DNA of 64,000 nucleotides from a bacterium (GTDB lineage: Bacteria; UBA8248). How positions within the stretch are numbered: position 1 is the stretch's first letter; every line of letters starts with the position of its first letter. The notes under the pieces were generated by a model. That model did not search any database. It was not told the origin of the DNA and saw only the letters and a list, made by a program, of their open reading frames with translations. Both the position numbers and the translations under genes were made by a program. The stretch lies in NCBI GenBank assembly GCA_965221165.1, contig CBDCRP010000003.1, positions 736,001 through 800,000 of the forward strand, given 5' to 3'. Of this stretch, positions 40,670-50,305 are shown piece after piece.

Positions 40670-41782
40670 TTAAAATTTGGGTCGTCCCTTGGGAGCGTAC
40701 CCCGTCATCTCGATAAAGCCCACCCCCGTGAGCTGTTTTTCGCCCGAAACGCCCTCGGCGAAGACGCCTCCTTCCCAGTAGGTGATTCCCGTGCTGCCCT
40801 TCGATTCGATCTCCTGCGCGCGCGCATAGGGTTTTATTCGCAAATGAAGGCCGTGCGCCGGAACCGCGACCTCCCACCCCATGGGATAAACGCCGCCGCT
40901 TCGCTCGCTCTTCCAGCTACCGACGCCCTTCAGGCTGAAATCCCCGAGGCGCAGGTGCGTTGCGCGGCCATCCGCCTCCACCAGCGTGCCGCTGCTCGTG
41001 GGCTCCACGCTCCCGTCTTTTCGCCTTAAGAGATATAACATCAAATCCCGGCCACCGGACAACTGAAGACTCAGCCAATCCCATCCCACCTGATCTTTCG
41101 ATAGCTGGTTCGAGCCGAACTCATGGTCCATCCAAGCCGATCCGCGCACGTCGAGGGTTCTCCCCCCGATTTCGAGAACGCCCGATGCGAGAAGCCGCGT
41201 GTAGGAATAATAGTGAGAAGCGCGGCCGGGACCCTCCGCCTTCCGGCTCACTCCGCCCTCGCCGTGAATCACGAGCGGTTTCGCAGGTTTCAGCTCGAGG
41301 CGCAGCTTCATTTGGGGAGTCGCCGCGCTTATCCTGAACGTGGATGGGCCTTTTTCACCCGTGCTCTCGGCGCGCCAGTCGCGAAGCCAGACTTTAAGGC
41401 CCCCCTCCGACGCGCCCGCCTGCTCGAGTGCGCCCCGGCTGATTCGCTCTGTAAACCGGTGCTTCCCGCGCTTCGCGTCCAGAACCGAGAAATGCCCGAA
41501 ATAAAGATTCCTGAGCGCCCAGCGGCTTTTCGATTTTGGAGGCGCACCCGGCCTGAGCCCCACCCTGAAAAACGTGAGCATGAAGGAGTATTTCTCACCT
41601 CCCGCATCCTGTAAGTTTCCCGAGAAATACCACCACTCCGTCCGGAAGGCCTCGTGTGCGCCGTGGTCTCGGGGAAACTGATAGCGATAGCCGGGGAGCG
41701 CCTGCCGCCAACTCTCGGGATGCGCGGGCGCAGCGCCCAGGATGAAGACGGCGGCCAAAAGAGGTGCGAAGAGTTTCTTCAT
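40670..41782 (-). CDS. CrtC/AttH lipocalin-like secreted protein
   Basis: FPRDHGAH, EWWYFSG, SHYYS, WMDHEF, GWDW, YWEG, EMTGY; signal peptide from ATG 41782. Confidence 0.88.
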   Translation of the reverse strand: MKKLFAPLLAAVFILGAAPAHPESWRQALPGYRYQFPRDHGAHEAFRTEWWYFSGNLQDAGGEKYSFMLTFFRVGLRPGAPPKSKSRWALRNLYFGHFSVLDAKRGKHRFTERISRGALEQAGASEGGLKVWLRDWRAESTGEKGPSTFRISAATPQMKLRLELKPAKPLVIHGEGGVSRKAEGPGRASHYYSYTRLLASGVLEIGGRTLDVRGSAWMDHEFGSNQLSKDQVGWDWLSLQLSGGRDLMLYLLRRKDGSVEPTSSGTLVEADGRATHLRLGDFSLKGVGSWKSERSGGVYPMGWEVAVPAHGLHLRIKPYARAQEIESKGSTGITYWEGGVFAEGVSGEKQLTGVGFIEMTGYAPKGRPKF

Positions 41783-44376
41783 TCCTCGCTCAACGCCTCC
41801 CGAATGGGTATTCTCGCCGCGGCTCTCGCCGGGAGCCAACTCGCGGCCAGAGAGGCGGCGACCACCACGAGAAGATAAACCGCCATGCCCTTCCAGGCGA
41901 AGATATACTGAATCGTCCAGCCGAAACTCAGCTTGTTGACGACGAAAATCAGGATGGCCGCCAGGGATACGCCGGACGCGAGGCCGACGAGCACGGAGAG
42001 AACGCCCAGAATGGCCGCCTCCCCCATGATGGTGGATACGATACCCTTTTGGTTTAAGCCCATGGCGCGCAGCGCGCCGATTTCATGCACGCGCTCCAGG
42101 ATGTTGGAACTCAAGCCCGTGGCCACGCCGAGCAGGGCCACCAGAACGGCGATGAACTCCAGCGCATACGTGATGGCGAACGTCTGGTCGAAGATGCTCA
42201 AGACGCGCTTTTTGAGACCTGCGTTCGAAATAAGCACCATGGTGGAATCCAGGGCGTTTTCGAGTGATTTGCGAACGTCTTCCGGCCGCGCGTTTTTTTC
42301 GAGATATATCGCCAAAGAACTCAAGCGATCATCGCCCCAATGTTTTTTCAGAAACTTACGATCCACCACGACGTAGCCGCCATCCGTGGTGTAATCATAA
42401 TAAACGCCCGCCACGCGAAGCGAAATCTCACCCTTATGCGCCGGGAGACGGACGACGTCTCCTTTTTTCACCCCGTAGAGGTTCGCGAAAGTTTCCGTCA
42501 CGATCGCCTCGCCGCGCATCCTCGCTCTGGTGAGCGTTTCTTTCGAGTCGCCCTCCAGGAAGAGCAACCGCCCCCTTTCGGCCACGATGCGGAAATCCCC
42601 CGCTGCCAGGGTGATGCTCCTCCCGCGCCAGGGCAGGCGTATGGCCCGGAAGCCATCGACCGCCGCAACGCCTGAAACGCCCCGGATGGTCTTGATCGCA
42701 TCTTCCGAGATGCTCGCCCGTGAGCCCTTGATGAAGCGCGATGCGGGTGCTGCGTAGAAATCCGCCTTGAGCGTCTGGTGCGTCCAGACTTCCACCGTGG
42801 CCCTGAAACTCTCAATCATGATGATGAGGCTTACCAGCATGGCCACGGCGATTGCCAGCGAGGAGAGCGTAACCCCGTTTCGGTGCGGGTGCCGTCCCAA
42901 ACCATGCGCGGCGAGCCGGCCGTTTACGCTCCCGCCCAGGAGCCGACGGACGACGAAGGAGCCGAACAAGACGACAGGCAAGCTTAAAAGCGCGGTGGCC
43001 AGAATGACCGCCGCCGCCGAGAGATAACCGGGCAGGGGAGTTCCCCTTGCCAGGGCCTGCAGATTCAGCCAGTAGGCGAGCAAGGCGATGAGCAGGGCGC
43101 TCCCAACCAAGGCGGCGATGGCCGCAGGCCGCACCTCTACTTTTCCGCGTCCCTCCACGACGCCCTGGCGCGGAGTCTGGCGCGACGCCGCAATCGCCGG
43201 GAAAAGACCGGAAACGAGAGATACCCCGATTCCCACGCCAAAGCCTGTGAGAAGCGCCTCGGCTCCCATGAGAACATGGCGCACTTCCAAGAATGCGTAC
43301 AGGTTCCTGATCGTCTGGGAGATGAACGAAAGCGCGCCCTGGGCCATGAACACCCCCATCGCAACGCCCAGACACGAACCCGCCGCGCCGATGCAAAGCG
43401 CCTCCGCACCGTAGAGGAAAATAATCGCCTTGGCCGTCATCCCCAGCGAGCGCAGGGTGGCGATTTCGCCCCTGCGCCGCAGGACGGAAGCCGACATCGT
43501 GTTGTAGATCAGGAAACAACCCACCAGCAGCGCGATGACGCTCAAAACCGTGAGATTGAGCTGGAACGACGCCAGCATTTTCTCCACGTCGCCTCCGCGC
43601 CGCGCAGGCCGCGCGGCCACGGCGCCGGGCGGCAGCAGGTTTTGAATTTTTTGGCGAACCGATTCGATCGCGCCTTCATCTTCCAAAATCAGACCGATCC
43701 GGTCCAGACGGCCGAAACGCTCAAAAACCTCCTGCGCGACGCCGATGTCCATAATAATAAGGCGGCCGTCCATGGATTTCGCCATGCCCTCCGGCTTCAA
43801 GACGCCCCGTACGCGAAAGCGCATTCTCCGCACGGCTTCGAGTTCGACGAAATCACCCGCCCCGACGCCCAGCGCATCGGCTACGCCCCGGGCGATGAAC
43901 AAGCCCTGCGGATCGGCGATGCGTGAGAGTATTTCTTCGCGCGCGTGTTTTTCTTCCAACGCATAGCCCCTGAAATCGTTATCCCCCAGCAAGTCGAGCC
44001 CCAGAACCAGAACCGCGCGTCCTTGCGAAGGCGCGCCGCGCCGCCACCTGGCGCCTGATCCGCCCGCTCTCCTCACCCAAACGTGCTGCTGTATGACGGG
44101 CGCCGCTCTCTTCACTTCCGCCATCGCCCGGAGCCGTAAAATGAGATTCTCATCCACGCCCAGCCCGCCCCCGGAAACTTCCAGTTGCGTCTTGCCGGAA
44201 ATGGCCACCAAACTGTTTTGAAACGCCTGGGTGGCAGCCCCGTTCGCCAGCTTGATGGCGATGAACACGGCCACGCCCAAAGCCACACCCAACAGGGTGA
44301 GCAACAGGCGAAAAGGCTCTTCTTTCAGACGCCGCCAGGCGAGAAGTCGCAAAAGAGCGCCTAAGGTACTCATCAT
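41779..44376 (-). CDS. ABC transporter permease with duplicated FtsX/MacB domains (AttFG-like)
   Basis: GVALGVAV, RRGEIATLRSLG, EIGALRAMG, SFGW, PARAAAR. Confidence 0.9.
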   Translation of the reverse strand: MMSTLGALLRLLAWRRLKEEPFRLLLTLLGVALGVAVFIAIKLANGAATQAFQNSLVAISGKTQLEVSGGGLGVDENLILRLRAMAEVKRAAPVIQQHVWVRRAGGSGARWRRGAPSQGRAVLVLGLDLLGDNDFRGYALEEKHAREEILSRIADPQGLFIARGVADALGVGAGDFVELEAVRRMRFRVRGVLKPEGMAKSMDGRLIIMDIGVAQEVFERFGRLDRIGLILEDEGAIESVRQKIQNLLPPGAVAARPARRGGDVEKMLASFQLNLTVLSVIALLVGCFLIYNTMSASVLRRRGEIATLRSLGMTAKAIIFLYGAEALCIGAAGSCLGVAMGVFMAQGALSFISQTIRNLYAFLEVRHVLMGAEALLTGFGVGIGVSLVSGLFPAIAASRQTPRQGVVEGRGKVEVRPAAIAALVGSALLIALLAYWLNLQALARGTPLPGYLSAAAVILATALLSLPVVLFGSFVVRRLLGGSVNGRLAAHGLGRHPHRNGVTLSSLAIAVAMLVSLIIMIESFRATVEVWTHQTLKADFYAAPASRFIKGSRASISEDAIKTIRGVSGVAAVDGFRAIRLPWRGRSITLAAGDFRIVAERGRLLFLEGDSKETLTRARMRGEAIVTETFANLYGVKKGDVVRLPAHKGEISLRVAGVYYDYTTDGGYVVVDRKFLKKHWGDDRLSSLAIYLEKNARPEDVRKSLENALDSTMVLISNAGLKKRVLSIFDQTFAITYALEFIAVLVALLGVATGLSSNILERVHEIGALRAMGLNQKGIVSTIMGEAAILGVLSVLVGLASGVSLAAILIFVVNKLSFGWTIQYIFAWKGMAVYLLVVVAASLAASWLPARAAARIPIREALSEE

Positions 44377-45056
44377 CCCGTCGTCCCCAGGCGTCCATCG
44401 GTTATCCCGACCCCTCGGGTGGCGTAGCGCAAGGGCATCTTGTCGTGCGTCGCCATGACGATAGTAAAGCCATCTTCCCGGTGGAGTTCCGAGATGAGTT
44501 CCAGGACGTTCTGTGAGTTCTCGGTATCGAGATTTCCCGTCGGCTCATCGGCGAGGATGAGGCGGGGCTTGTGGATGATGGCGCGCGCGACGGCCACCCT
44601 TTGCATCTCACCGCCCGAGAGTTGCCTCGGGAAGCTGCGCATCCGGTTCGTAAGCCCTACGCGCGCCAGGGCGCTTTCGACCATTTCTTTGGCTTGCCCT
44701 CGTTTTTTGCCTTGGAGCACGAGAGGAAGAGCCACGTTTTCATACGCGGTCATCGTCGGCATGAGATGAAAAAACTGATGGATGAACCCCACGTCTTTCA
44801 GGCGGATTTCGCTCAACCCCTCATCGTCCAGGCGCGATATTTCCCGCCCGTCGAAAAATATCTCGCCGCTCGAGGGGGCGTCGACCGCGCCCATCAGGTG
44901 CAGAAACGTGCTCTTGCCGGAACCGCTCGGGCCTGAAACCGTGATAAACTCGCCTGGCTCCGCCCGGAAGCTGACGTCGCTGAGCGCGTGGACGAGCGTA
45001 CCGCCCGCGACATAGCTCTTGCACACTCGCTTCATTTCGACCAAAGGATGGGGCAT
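44373..45056 (-). CDS. ABC transporter ATP-binding protein (LolD/AttE-like)
   Basis: GPSGSGKS, LSGGEMQR, ADEPTGNLD, ATHD; start moved to ATG 45056. Confidence 0.93.
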   Translation of the reverse strand: MPHPLVEMKRVCKSYVAGGTLVHALSDVSFRAEPGEFITVSGPSGSGKSTFLHLMGAVDAPSSGEIFFDGREISRLDDEGLSEIRLKDVGFIHQFFHLMPTMTAYENVALPLVLQGKKRGQAKEMVESALARVGLTNRMRSFPRQLSGGEMQRVAVARAIIHKPRLILADEPTGNLDTENSQNVLELISELHREDGFTIVMATHDKMPLRYATRGVGITDGRLGTTG

Positions 45057-45102
45057 ATCGTTTCTCCAGAGGCGAACCCAAGAAAATGAAGGAGCCTTCA
45101 TC

Positions 45103-45501
45103 TTGTTCGAATCGCTGCCCGCAATCTTTCTCATCACCAAAGACTATGAGGCGTCCTGTCGTTTTTATACCGAAACGCTGGGGCTGAAAGAAGCGAGCAG
45201 GACGAAAGACCACGTGCGCTATGAACTGGGAGGCGTCTCGCTCATCATTCACGCGCCGATTCCGGATGAGGAGATGCGGAAATGGAACCTCGAACCCCTC
45301 CGGGAACCCAGAGGCTCGGGCGTCGTCGTCACGCTCACGCCCGAGGATGTGGATCGCGCCTATGACGCGCTCACCGAAAAGGGAGCGGAGGTCGTGTTCC
45401 CGCCCCGCAACGCCCCGTGGGGCGTGCGCATGTTTATGCTCAAGGACCCGAACGGGTTTTTGATCGAGGTCAGCAAGCCCCTGCCGGCCGACTCAGGATA
45501 G
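45103..45501 (+). CDS. VOC / glyoxalase family protein
   Basis: FYTETLG, DVDRAY, PWGVRMFMLKDPNGFLIE; TTG start after AAGGAG. Confidence 0.85.
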   Translation: MFESLPAIFLITKDYEASCRFYTETLGLKEASRTKDHVRYELGGVSLIIHAPIPDEEMRKWNLEPLREPRGSGVVVTLTPEDVDRAYDALTEKGAEVVFPPRNAPWGVRMFMLKDPNGFLIEVSKPLPADSG

Positions 45502-46362
45502 GCCTTCGAACACCGACCGCTCGTTCTTCCGCACCTCTATCTGCGAGTGGGCGCAAACGAAGGATTCCTCGTTGTAGAGCCAGCGCCCCGTCATGCGGAC
45601 GAACCACCAGAAGAAATTTCCGTTTATTTGGCTCTTGTGCGCGATGAGCGCGCGCCATTTGCGGCGAAGGTGCCTGCTGATGTTCACGCGGGTGGTGATG
45701 AGCTCATCCGGCGTCCCGTATTTATCTTCTCTGAAATCCGGATCATCGAGCGGCGTTTTTTGACCGAGAAACCTCATCCAGCGCCAGGCGCGCAGCATTT
45801 TAGAGCGCGCCCACGCCGTGTGGTAGAACTTGGGGACCCGCCAGGCCTCTCGCCCGGCCTCGGGGAATCGAGCGGGGTCTGCGGCGGCCTCTATCGCCTC
45901 CGTCGTGACCTTGTTGGCCATCACGTGATCGGGGTGGCCGTATCCGCCCTGCTCGTTGTAGGTGACGACCACGTCCGGGCGATAGCGGCGTATGTAGCCC
46001 ACTATCTTGCCGACGACTTCTTGCTTATCGGCGTTCTTGAACGCCTCGGGATGCCCGTTGCCCTCCCAGCCGTCCATTCCCGAATCGCGATAGCCCAGGG
46101 TGTGGGCGCATGAGACGTTCAAAATCCGCGCAGCCCGCTCGAGTTCTTCGATTCTGATTTCGCCGAGCCTGTTCCTGTCCGTCTCCGAATCGGGGTCCAA
46201 ATTCATGTCCAGATGCTTCATCTCGCCCATCTCGCCGTTGGTGCAGGTGATGAGCACGACGCGGTGGCCTTCGCGCGCGCTCTTGAGAATCAGGCCGCCC
46301 GTGCTGCTGCACTCATCATCGGGGTGCGCATGAACGATAAGAAGGGTGAAGGTTTTGGACAT
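45493..46362 (-). CDS. PIG-L family deacetylase (MshB/Mca-like)
   Basis: VHAHPDDE, TCTNGEMG, GYRDSGM, GGYGHPDH, AHKSQ. Confidence 0.88.
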   Translation of the reverse strand: MSKTFTLLIVHAHPDDECSSTGGLILKSAREGHRVVLITCTNGEMGEMKHLDMNLDPDSETDRNRLGEIRIEELERAARILNVSCAHTLGYRDSGMDGWEGNGHPEAFKNADKQEVVGKIVGYIRRYRPDVVVTYNEQGGYGHPDHVMANKVTTEAIEAAADPARFPEAGREAWRVPKFYHTAWARSKMLRAWRWMRFLGQKTPLDDPDFREDKYGTPDELITTRVNISRHLRRKWRALIAHKSQINGNFFWWFVRMTGRWLYNEESFVCAHSQIEVRKNERSVFEGLS

Positions 46363-46386
46363 GGGTTCCAAGCGTTTGAAAACGCG

Positions 46387-46417
46387 AAAAAAGGCCGCCG
46401 GACGAACCCCGGCGGCC
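46387..46417 (-). terminator. Rho-independent terminator of korAB
   Basis: GGCCGCCGG / CCGGCGGCC stem followed by T6 on the minus strand. Confidence 0.85.
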
Positions 46418-46434
46418 CTTTGGAGGCGACAATA

Positions 46435-47457
46435 CTAGTGGTGCTCCCAGGTATCTCCCGAATTCAAGAGCGCGTCGATATCGCCCTCGCCTTTCGCCTG
46501 GGCCGCGGCGACTTGCTCGCCCATCAATCCCTCGAAGGGCGGACGCTCCACTTTTCTCAGAACGCCCAGGGGCACGGGGCCGCCCTCGAGTTCGACCCGG
46601 CTCAGGATATGGGCGTAGCCGCCCGCCTCATCATCCACGCGGTGGACGGTGACGTCGGGAGAATCGGCCTCGACCAGCCGGACCTTGTAATCGCTCAGGG
46701 AAATTCCCTTGCGGTCGTCCGCCGGGCCATACACGAGGGGCTGGCCGTCTTCTAAATAAACCACGTTTTGTTCCTTGAGGCCTTTTTCGGTGTACTTGTG
46801 CCACGCGCCGTCGTTGAACACGATGCAGTTCTGCAGCACCTCGAGCAGAGAGGTTCCCTCGTGGTTCGCCATCTCCTCGAACATCGCAGCCATGTGCCTC
46901 TGATCCCTGTCCGAGGTGCGGGCGACGAAGCTGCACTCCGCCCCCAGGGCCAGCGTCAGCGGGTGAAGCGGATAGTCTACCGAGCCGATGGGCGTGGACT
47001 TCGTGCGCGAGCCCAGAAGCGAGGTGGGCGAATACTGGCCTTTGGTCAACCCGTATACGCGGTTGTTGAAAAGAATGATCTTGACGCCCACGTTGCGGCG
47101 CATGGAGTGAATCAGGTGGTTCCCGCCGATGCTCAGGGCATCGCCGTCGCCGCTGATGACCCAGACGGAGAGGTCCGGATTGCTCACCTTCACGCCCGTG
47201 GCGAATGCCGGCGCCCGCCCGTGAATGGTGTGGAAGCCGAACGTGTCCATATAATACGGAAAGCGCGCCGCACAGCCGATGCCGGAGACGAAAACGAATT
47301 TCTCGCGCGGAATATCGAGGTTCGGCAACACCTTCTGCATCTGGGCGAGAATCGCGTAGTCTCCGCAACCCGGGCACCAGCGCACGACTTGGTCGGACTG
47401 AAAATCCTTGCGGGTGAGGCCCAATCCACCCCCGTTCTTGGCTGTCGTCGTAGCCAT
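46435..47457 (-). CDS. korB: 2-oxoacid:ferredoxin oxidoreductase beta subunit
   Basis: WCPGCGD, SGIGC, HGRA, GDGD, YGLTKGQYSPT. Confidence 0.95.
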   Translation of the reverse strand: MATTTAKNGGGLGLTRKDFQSDQVVRWCPGCGDYAILAQMQKVLPNLDIPREKFVFVSGIGCAARFPYYMDTFGFHTIHGRAPAFATGVKVSNPDLSVWVISGDGDALSIGGNHLIHSMRRNVGVKIILFNNRVYGLTKGQYSPTSLLGSRTKSTPIGSVDYPLHPLTLALGAECSFVARTSDRDQRHMAAMFEEMANHEGTSLLEVLQNCIVFNDGAWHKYTEKGLKEQNVVYLEDGQPLVYGPADDRKGISLSDYKVRLVEADSPDVTVHRVDDEAGGYAHILSRVELEGGPVPLGVLRKVERPPFEGLMGEQVAAAQAKGEGDIDALLNSGDTWEHH

Positions 47458-49314
47458 TTAGAGTAACTCCTCAATCTTGGTAATCAGTTCGCCGACCTTG
47501 AAGGGCTTTCCCTGTATTTTGTTGAAGCTGATCGTATCGACGAGATACTGGTAGCGGAGCATTTTGGAGAGTTGCCCGAGGTTCAACTCGGGGACGAGAA
47601 TTTTTTCAAAACCGCTCATCACTTCTTCGAGGTTCGCCGGGAAGGGGTTGAGGTGCCGGAGATGAACCTGGGATACCGAGGCGCCGCGGGCTTGAAGAGC
47701 CTCGATTGCCGCCGTGATGGCGCCGAAGGTTCCGCCCCAGCCGATGACGAGAACCTTGCCGCTCTCCTCGCCGATGACCTCTACGGGCGGGATGTCCTTT
47801 GCGATGCCCGCAATTTTCGCGTCGCGCGTGCGCACCATGAACTCGTGGTTCTCGGGCTCGTAGTTGACGTTGCCGGTCCCGTCCTCTTTCTCGATTCCGC
47901 CGATTCTGTGCTCGAGCCCCGGGGTTCCGGGAATCGCCCACGGACGGGCCAGCGTTTCCGGGTCCCGAAGATAGGGCAGGAACCCTTCCGGGTCCGTTCG
48001 GAAGGCCACCGGCATTTCGGGAATGTCGGAGGCCTTGGGCAGGAGCCAGGGTTCCGAGCCGTTGGCCAGATAACCGTCGCTCAAAACCACCACGGGCGTC
48101 ATGTATTTCACCGCCAGGCGGCACGCTTCTATCGCCGTCCAGAAGCAATCCCCCGGCGTGGCCGCCGCCACGACCGGCAGCGGGCTTTCGCTGTTGCGCC
48201 CGAACATCACCTGGAGAAGGTCGGCCTGCTCGGTCTTCGTGGGAAGGCCCGTGCTCGGGCCGCCCCGCTGGATGTTGGCGATGACCATGGGGAGTTCCGT
48301 CATCACGCCCAGGCCCATGGCTTCGGCCTTTAAGGCGATGCCGGGACCGCTCGAGCAACTCACGCCGAGCGAGCCGGTGAAGGAGGCGCCCAGAGCGGCG
48401 GAGACGGCCGCGATTTCATCTTCCGCCTGGAAGGTCTGCACGCCGAAATTCTTGTGCCGGGAGAGTTCGTGGAGAACGTCGCTGGCCGGCGTAATCGGAT
48501 AGGCGCCCCAGAAAAGGTTGATCCCCATCTTCTTCGTCGCCGCGATGAAGCCGAAGGCCAGGGCGACGTTGCCCGAGATGTTCCTGTATTTGCCGGGCGG
48601 ATACGTCGCCTCGCGCACGATGTAGTTGCTGGTGAAGACCTCGGTGTTCTCACCGAAGAAATAGCCCGCCTCGAGCGCGCGCGTGTTGGCTTGCACGAAC
48701 TCGGGGCGTTTTCCGAATTTCTCCTCGATCCACTGCTTCGTCGGTTCGAGCGGGCGCGAGTACATCCAGTACATGAGGCCCAGCGCGAAGAAGTTCTTGC
48801 ACCGATCCGCCAGGTTGGACTGAAGCTCCATGTCGTCGAGCGCCTGGCGCGTCATGGAGGTAATCTTCACCTCGTGGACATCATAGTTGTTCTTGAACTC
48901 CTCATCCTCGAGGGGGTTGGACGCATAGCCCGCCTTGTCCAGATTCTTCGGGCCGAAGTTATCCACGTTGGCGATAATGATTCCACCGCTCTTCAAATCG
49001 ATGAGACTCGTCTTGAGCGCAGCGGGGTTCATCGCCACCAGAACGTCCACGGCGTCGCCCGGAGTGTGAATGTCCTTGCTCGAGAAATTGATCTGGAACC
49101 CGCTCACTCCGGCGAGAGTCCCGACAGGCGCGCGAATCTCGGCGGGAAAATCGGGAAACGTGCTCAGATCGTTCCCGGCAATGGCGGCCGCGTTCGTAAA
49201 CCTGTCTCCCGTGAGCTGCATTCCGTCGCCGGAGTCGCCGGCGAAGCGAATCGCCACAGTTTCGAGTTCAACCAGCTGCTTCTCAGCCCCGTTTTTACCT
49301 GAAGACTCAGCCAT
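47458..49314 (-). CDS. korA: 2-oxoacid:ferredoxin oxidoreductase alpha subunit (gamma-alpha fusion)
   Basis: AGDSGDGMQLTG, AYPITPAS, QAEDEIAA, QRGGPSTGLPTK. Confidence 0.95.
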   Translation of the reverse strand: MAESSGKNGAEKQLVELETVAIRFAGDSGDGMQLTGDRFTNAAAIAGNDLSTFPDFPAEIRAPVGTLAGVSGFQINFSSKDIHTPGDAVDVLVAMNPAALKTSLIDLKSGGIIIANVDNFGPKNLDKAGYASNPLEDEEFKNNYDVHEVKITSMTRQALDDMELQSNLADRCKNFFALGLMYWMYSRPLEPTKQWIEEKFGKRPEFVQANTRALEAGYFFGENTEVFTSNYIVREATYPPGKYRNISGNVALAFGFIAATKKMGINLFWGAYPITPASDVLHELSRHKNFGVQTFQAEDEIAAVSAALGASFTGSLGVSCSSGPGIALKAEAMGLGVMTELPMVIANIQRGGPSTGLPTKTEQADLLQVMFGRNSESPLPVVAAATPGDCFWTAIEACRLAVKYMTPVVVLSDGYLANGSEPWLLPKASDIPEMPVAFRTDPEGFLPYLRDPETLARPWAIPGTPGLEHRIGGIEKEDGTGNVNYEPENHEFMVRTRDAKIAGIAKDIPPVEVIGEESGKVLVIGWGGTFGAITAAIEALQARGASVSQVHLRHLNPFPANLEEVMSGFEKILVPELNLGQLSKMLRYQYLVDTISFNKIQGKPFKVGELITKIEELL

Positions 49315-49532
49315 CGTTTTTGATGTCCTTTAATTGGATTGACTTGGTATAGGAAAATACGTGGAAGGTTTTATTCACTGGTGGATACCATAAGTCCTGC
49401 ATATTTTTTTGAGCCTGCCCATTGCGAGTCCGAGTGGCGATTCATCGACCAACCAGCCGAGCGCAAATTATGCTTAAATCGATCAAGGCCGTCAACGCAA
49501 AATCAAGGTTTTTTTCAAAAAAAACAAATACA

Positions 49533-50108
49533 TCAACGAGCGCGCGAGCCATCGAGGCCCAAATCCGCGGCGGCCCCCTGCATGGCTTCCAGCGTGAAGG
49601 CGATATGCTCCTCTAAAGGCACCCCCAGTTCGGAGGCTCCCGTCTCCACGTCCTCGCGATTGACGCCCTTGGCGAAATTCTTGTCCTTCCACTTTTTCCG
49701 GATGCTTCTCGGTTTCACCTGGCGGATGTCTTTCGCCGGATTCACCAGGGCGACGGCGGTGATGAGGCCCACCAGCTCGTCCACGGCGAAAAGCGCTTGA
49801 GCCAGGCGCGTTTCCCTCGGAACGCCCAGATACTGGGCATGTCCCAGTATGGCCTGTATCATCTCGTCGGGATAGCCCGCCTCCCGCAGGGCCGCGCAAC
49901 CGGTTTCGGGATGCTCTGCGGGCGAGGGATGCTTTTCGTAATCCATGTCGTGCAGCAGACCGGTGACTCCCCAAAGCGCCTCGTCTTCTCCGAATTTCTT
50001 CGCGTAGGCGCGCAGGGCGGCTTCCACCGCCCGGGCGTGCGCTCTCAAACCGGGACTTTCGGTCCACTCGAATAAAAGCGCCTCGGCGCTCGGGCGATCC
50101 AGGTCCAC
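49533..50108 (-). CDS. HD-domain (HDIG) hydrolase
   Basis: LRAH, GLLHDMDYE, GHA, DELVG, FAKGVNR; GTG start after GAGGAG. Confidence 0.88.
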   Translation of the reverse strand: MDLDRPSAEALLFEWTESPGLRAHARAVEAALRAYAKKFGEDEALWGVTGLLHDMDYEKHPSPAEHPETGCAALREAGYPDEMIQAILGHAQYLGVPRETRLAQALFAVDELVGLITAVALVNPAKDIRQVKPRSIRKKWKDKNFAKGVNREDVETGASELGVPLEEHIAFTLEAMQGAAADLGLDGSRAR

Positions 50109-50305
50109 GCTCGACTCCTTCTCCTCACGATGACGAAATGAATAAAGAACCAACCGCTCTCGCTGTTATTAAACCTTGCGCTTCGGAGCGTTTCTGTCAA
50201 GGCGCATCGCCTCGCCCGAAACGCTTTGGTTGTGGTACATATTCCGCAAAAGATATTTTCCGATGAAATTTCGTGTACCCCAAGAGTTTTTTCAGGGAGA
50301 AAAAC

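Noticed and set aside
40670-45056. ABC transporter plus CrtC-like operon as a novel system
   Set aside because: It matches the widespread AttEFGH-type arrangement; function is unclear but the module is already known.
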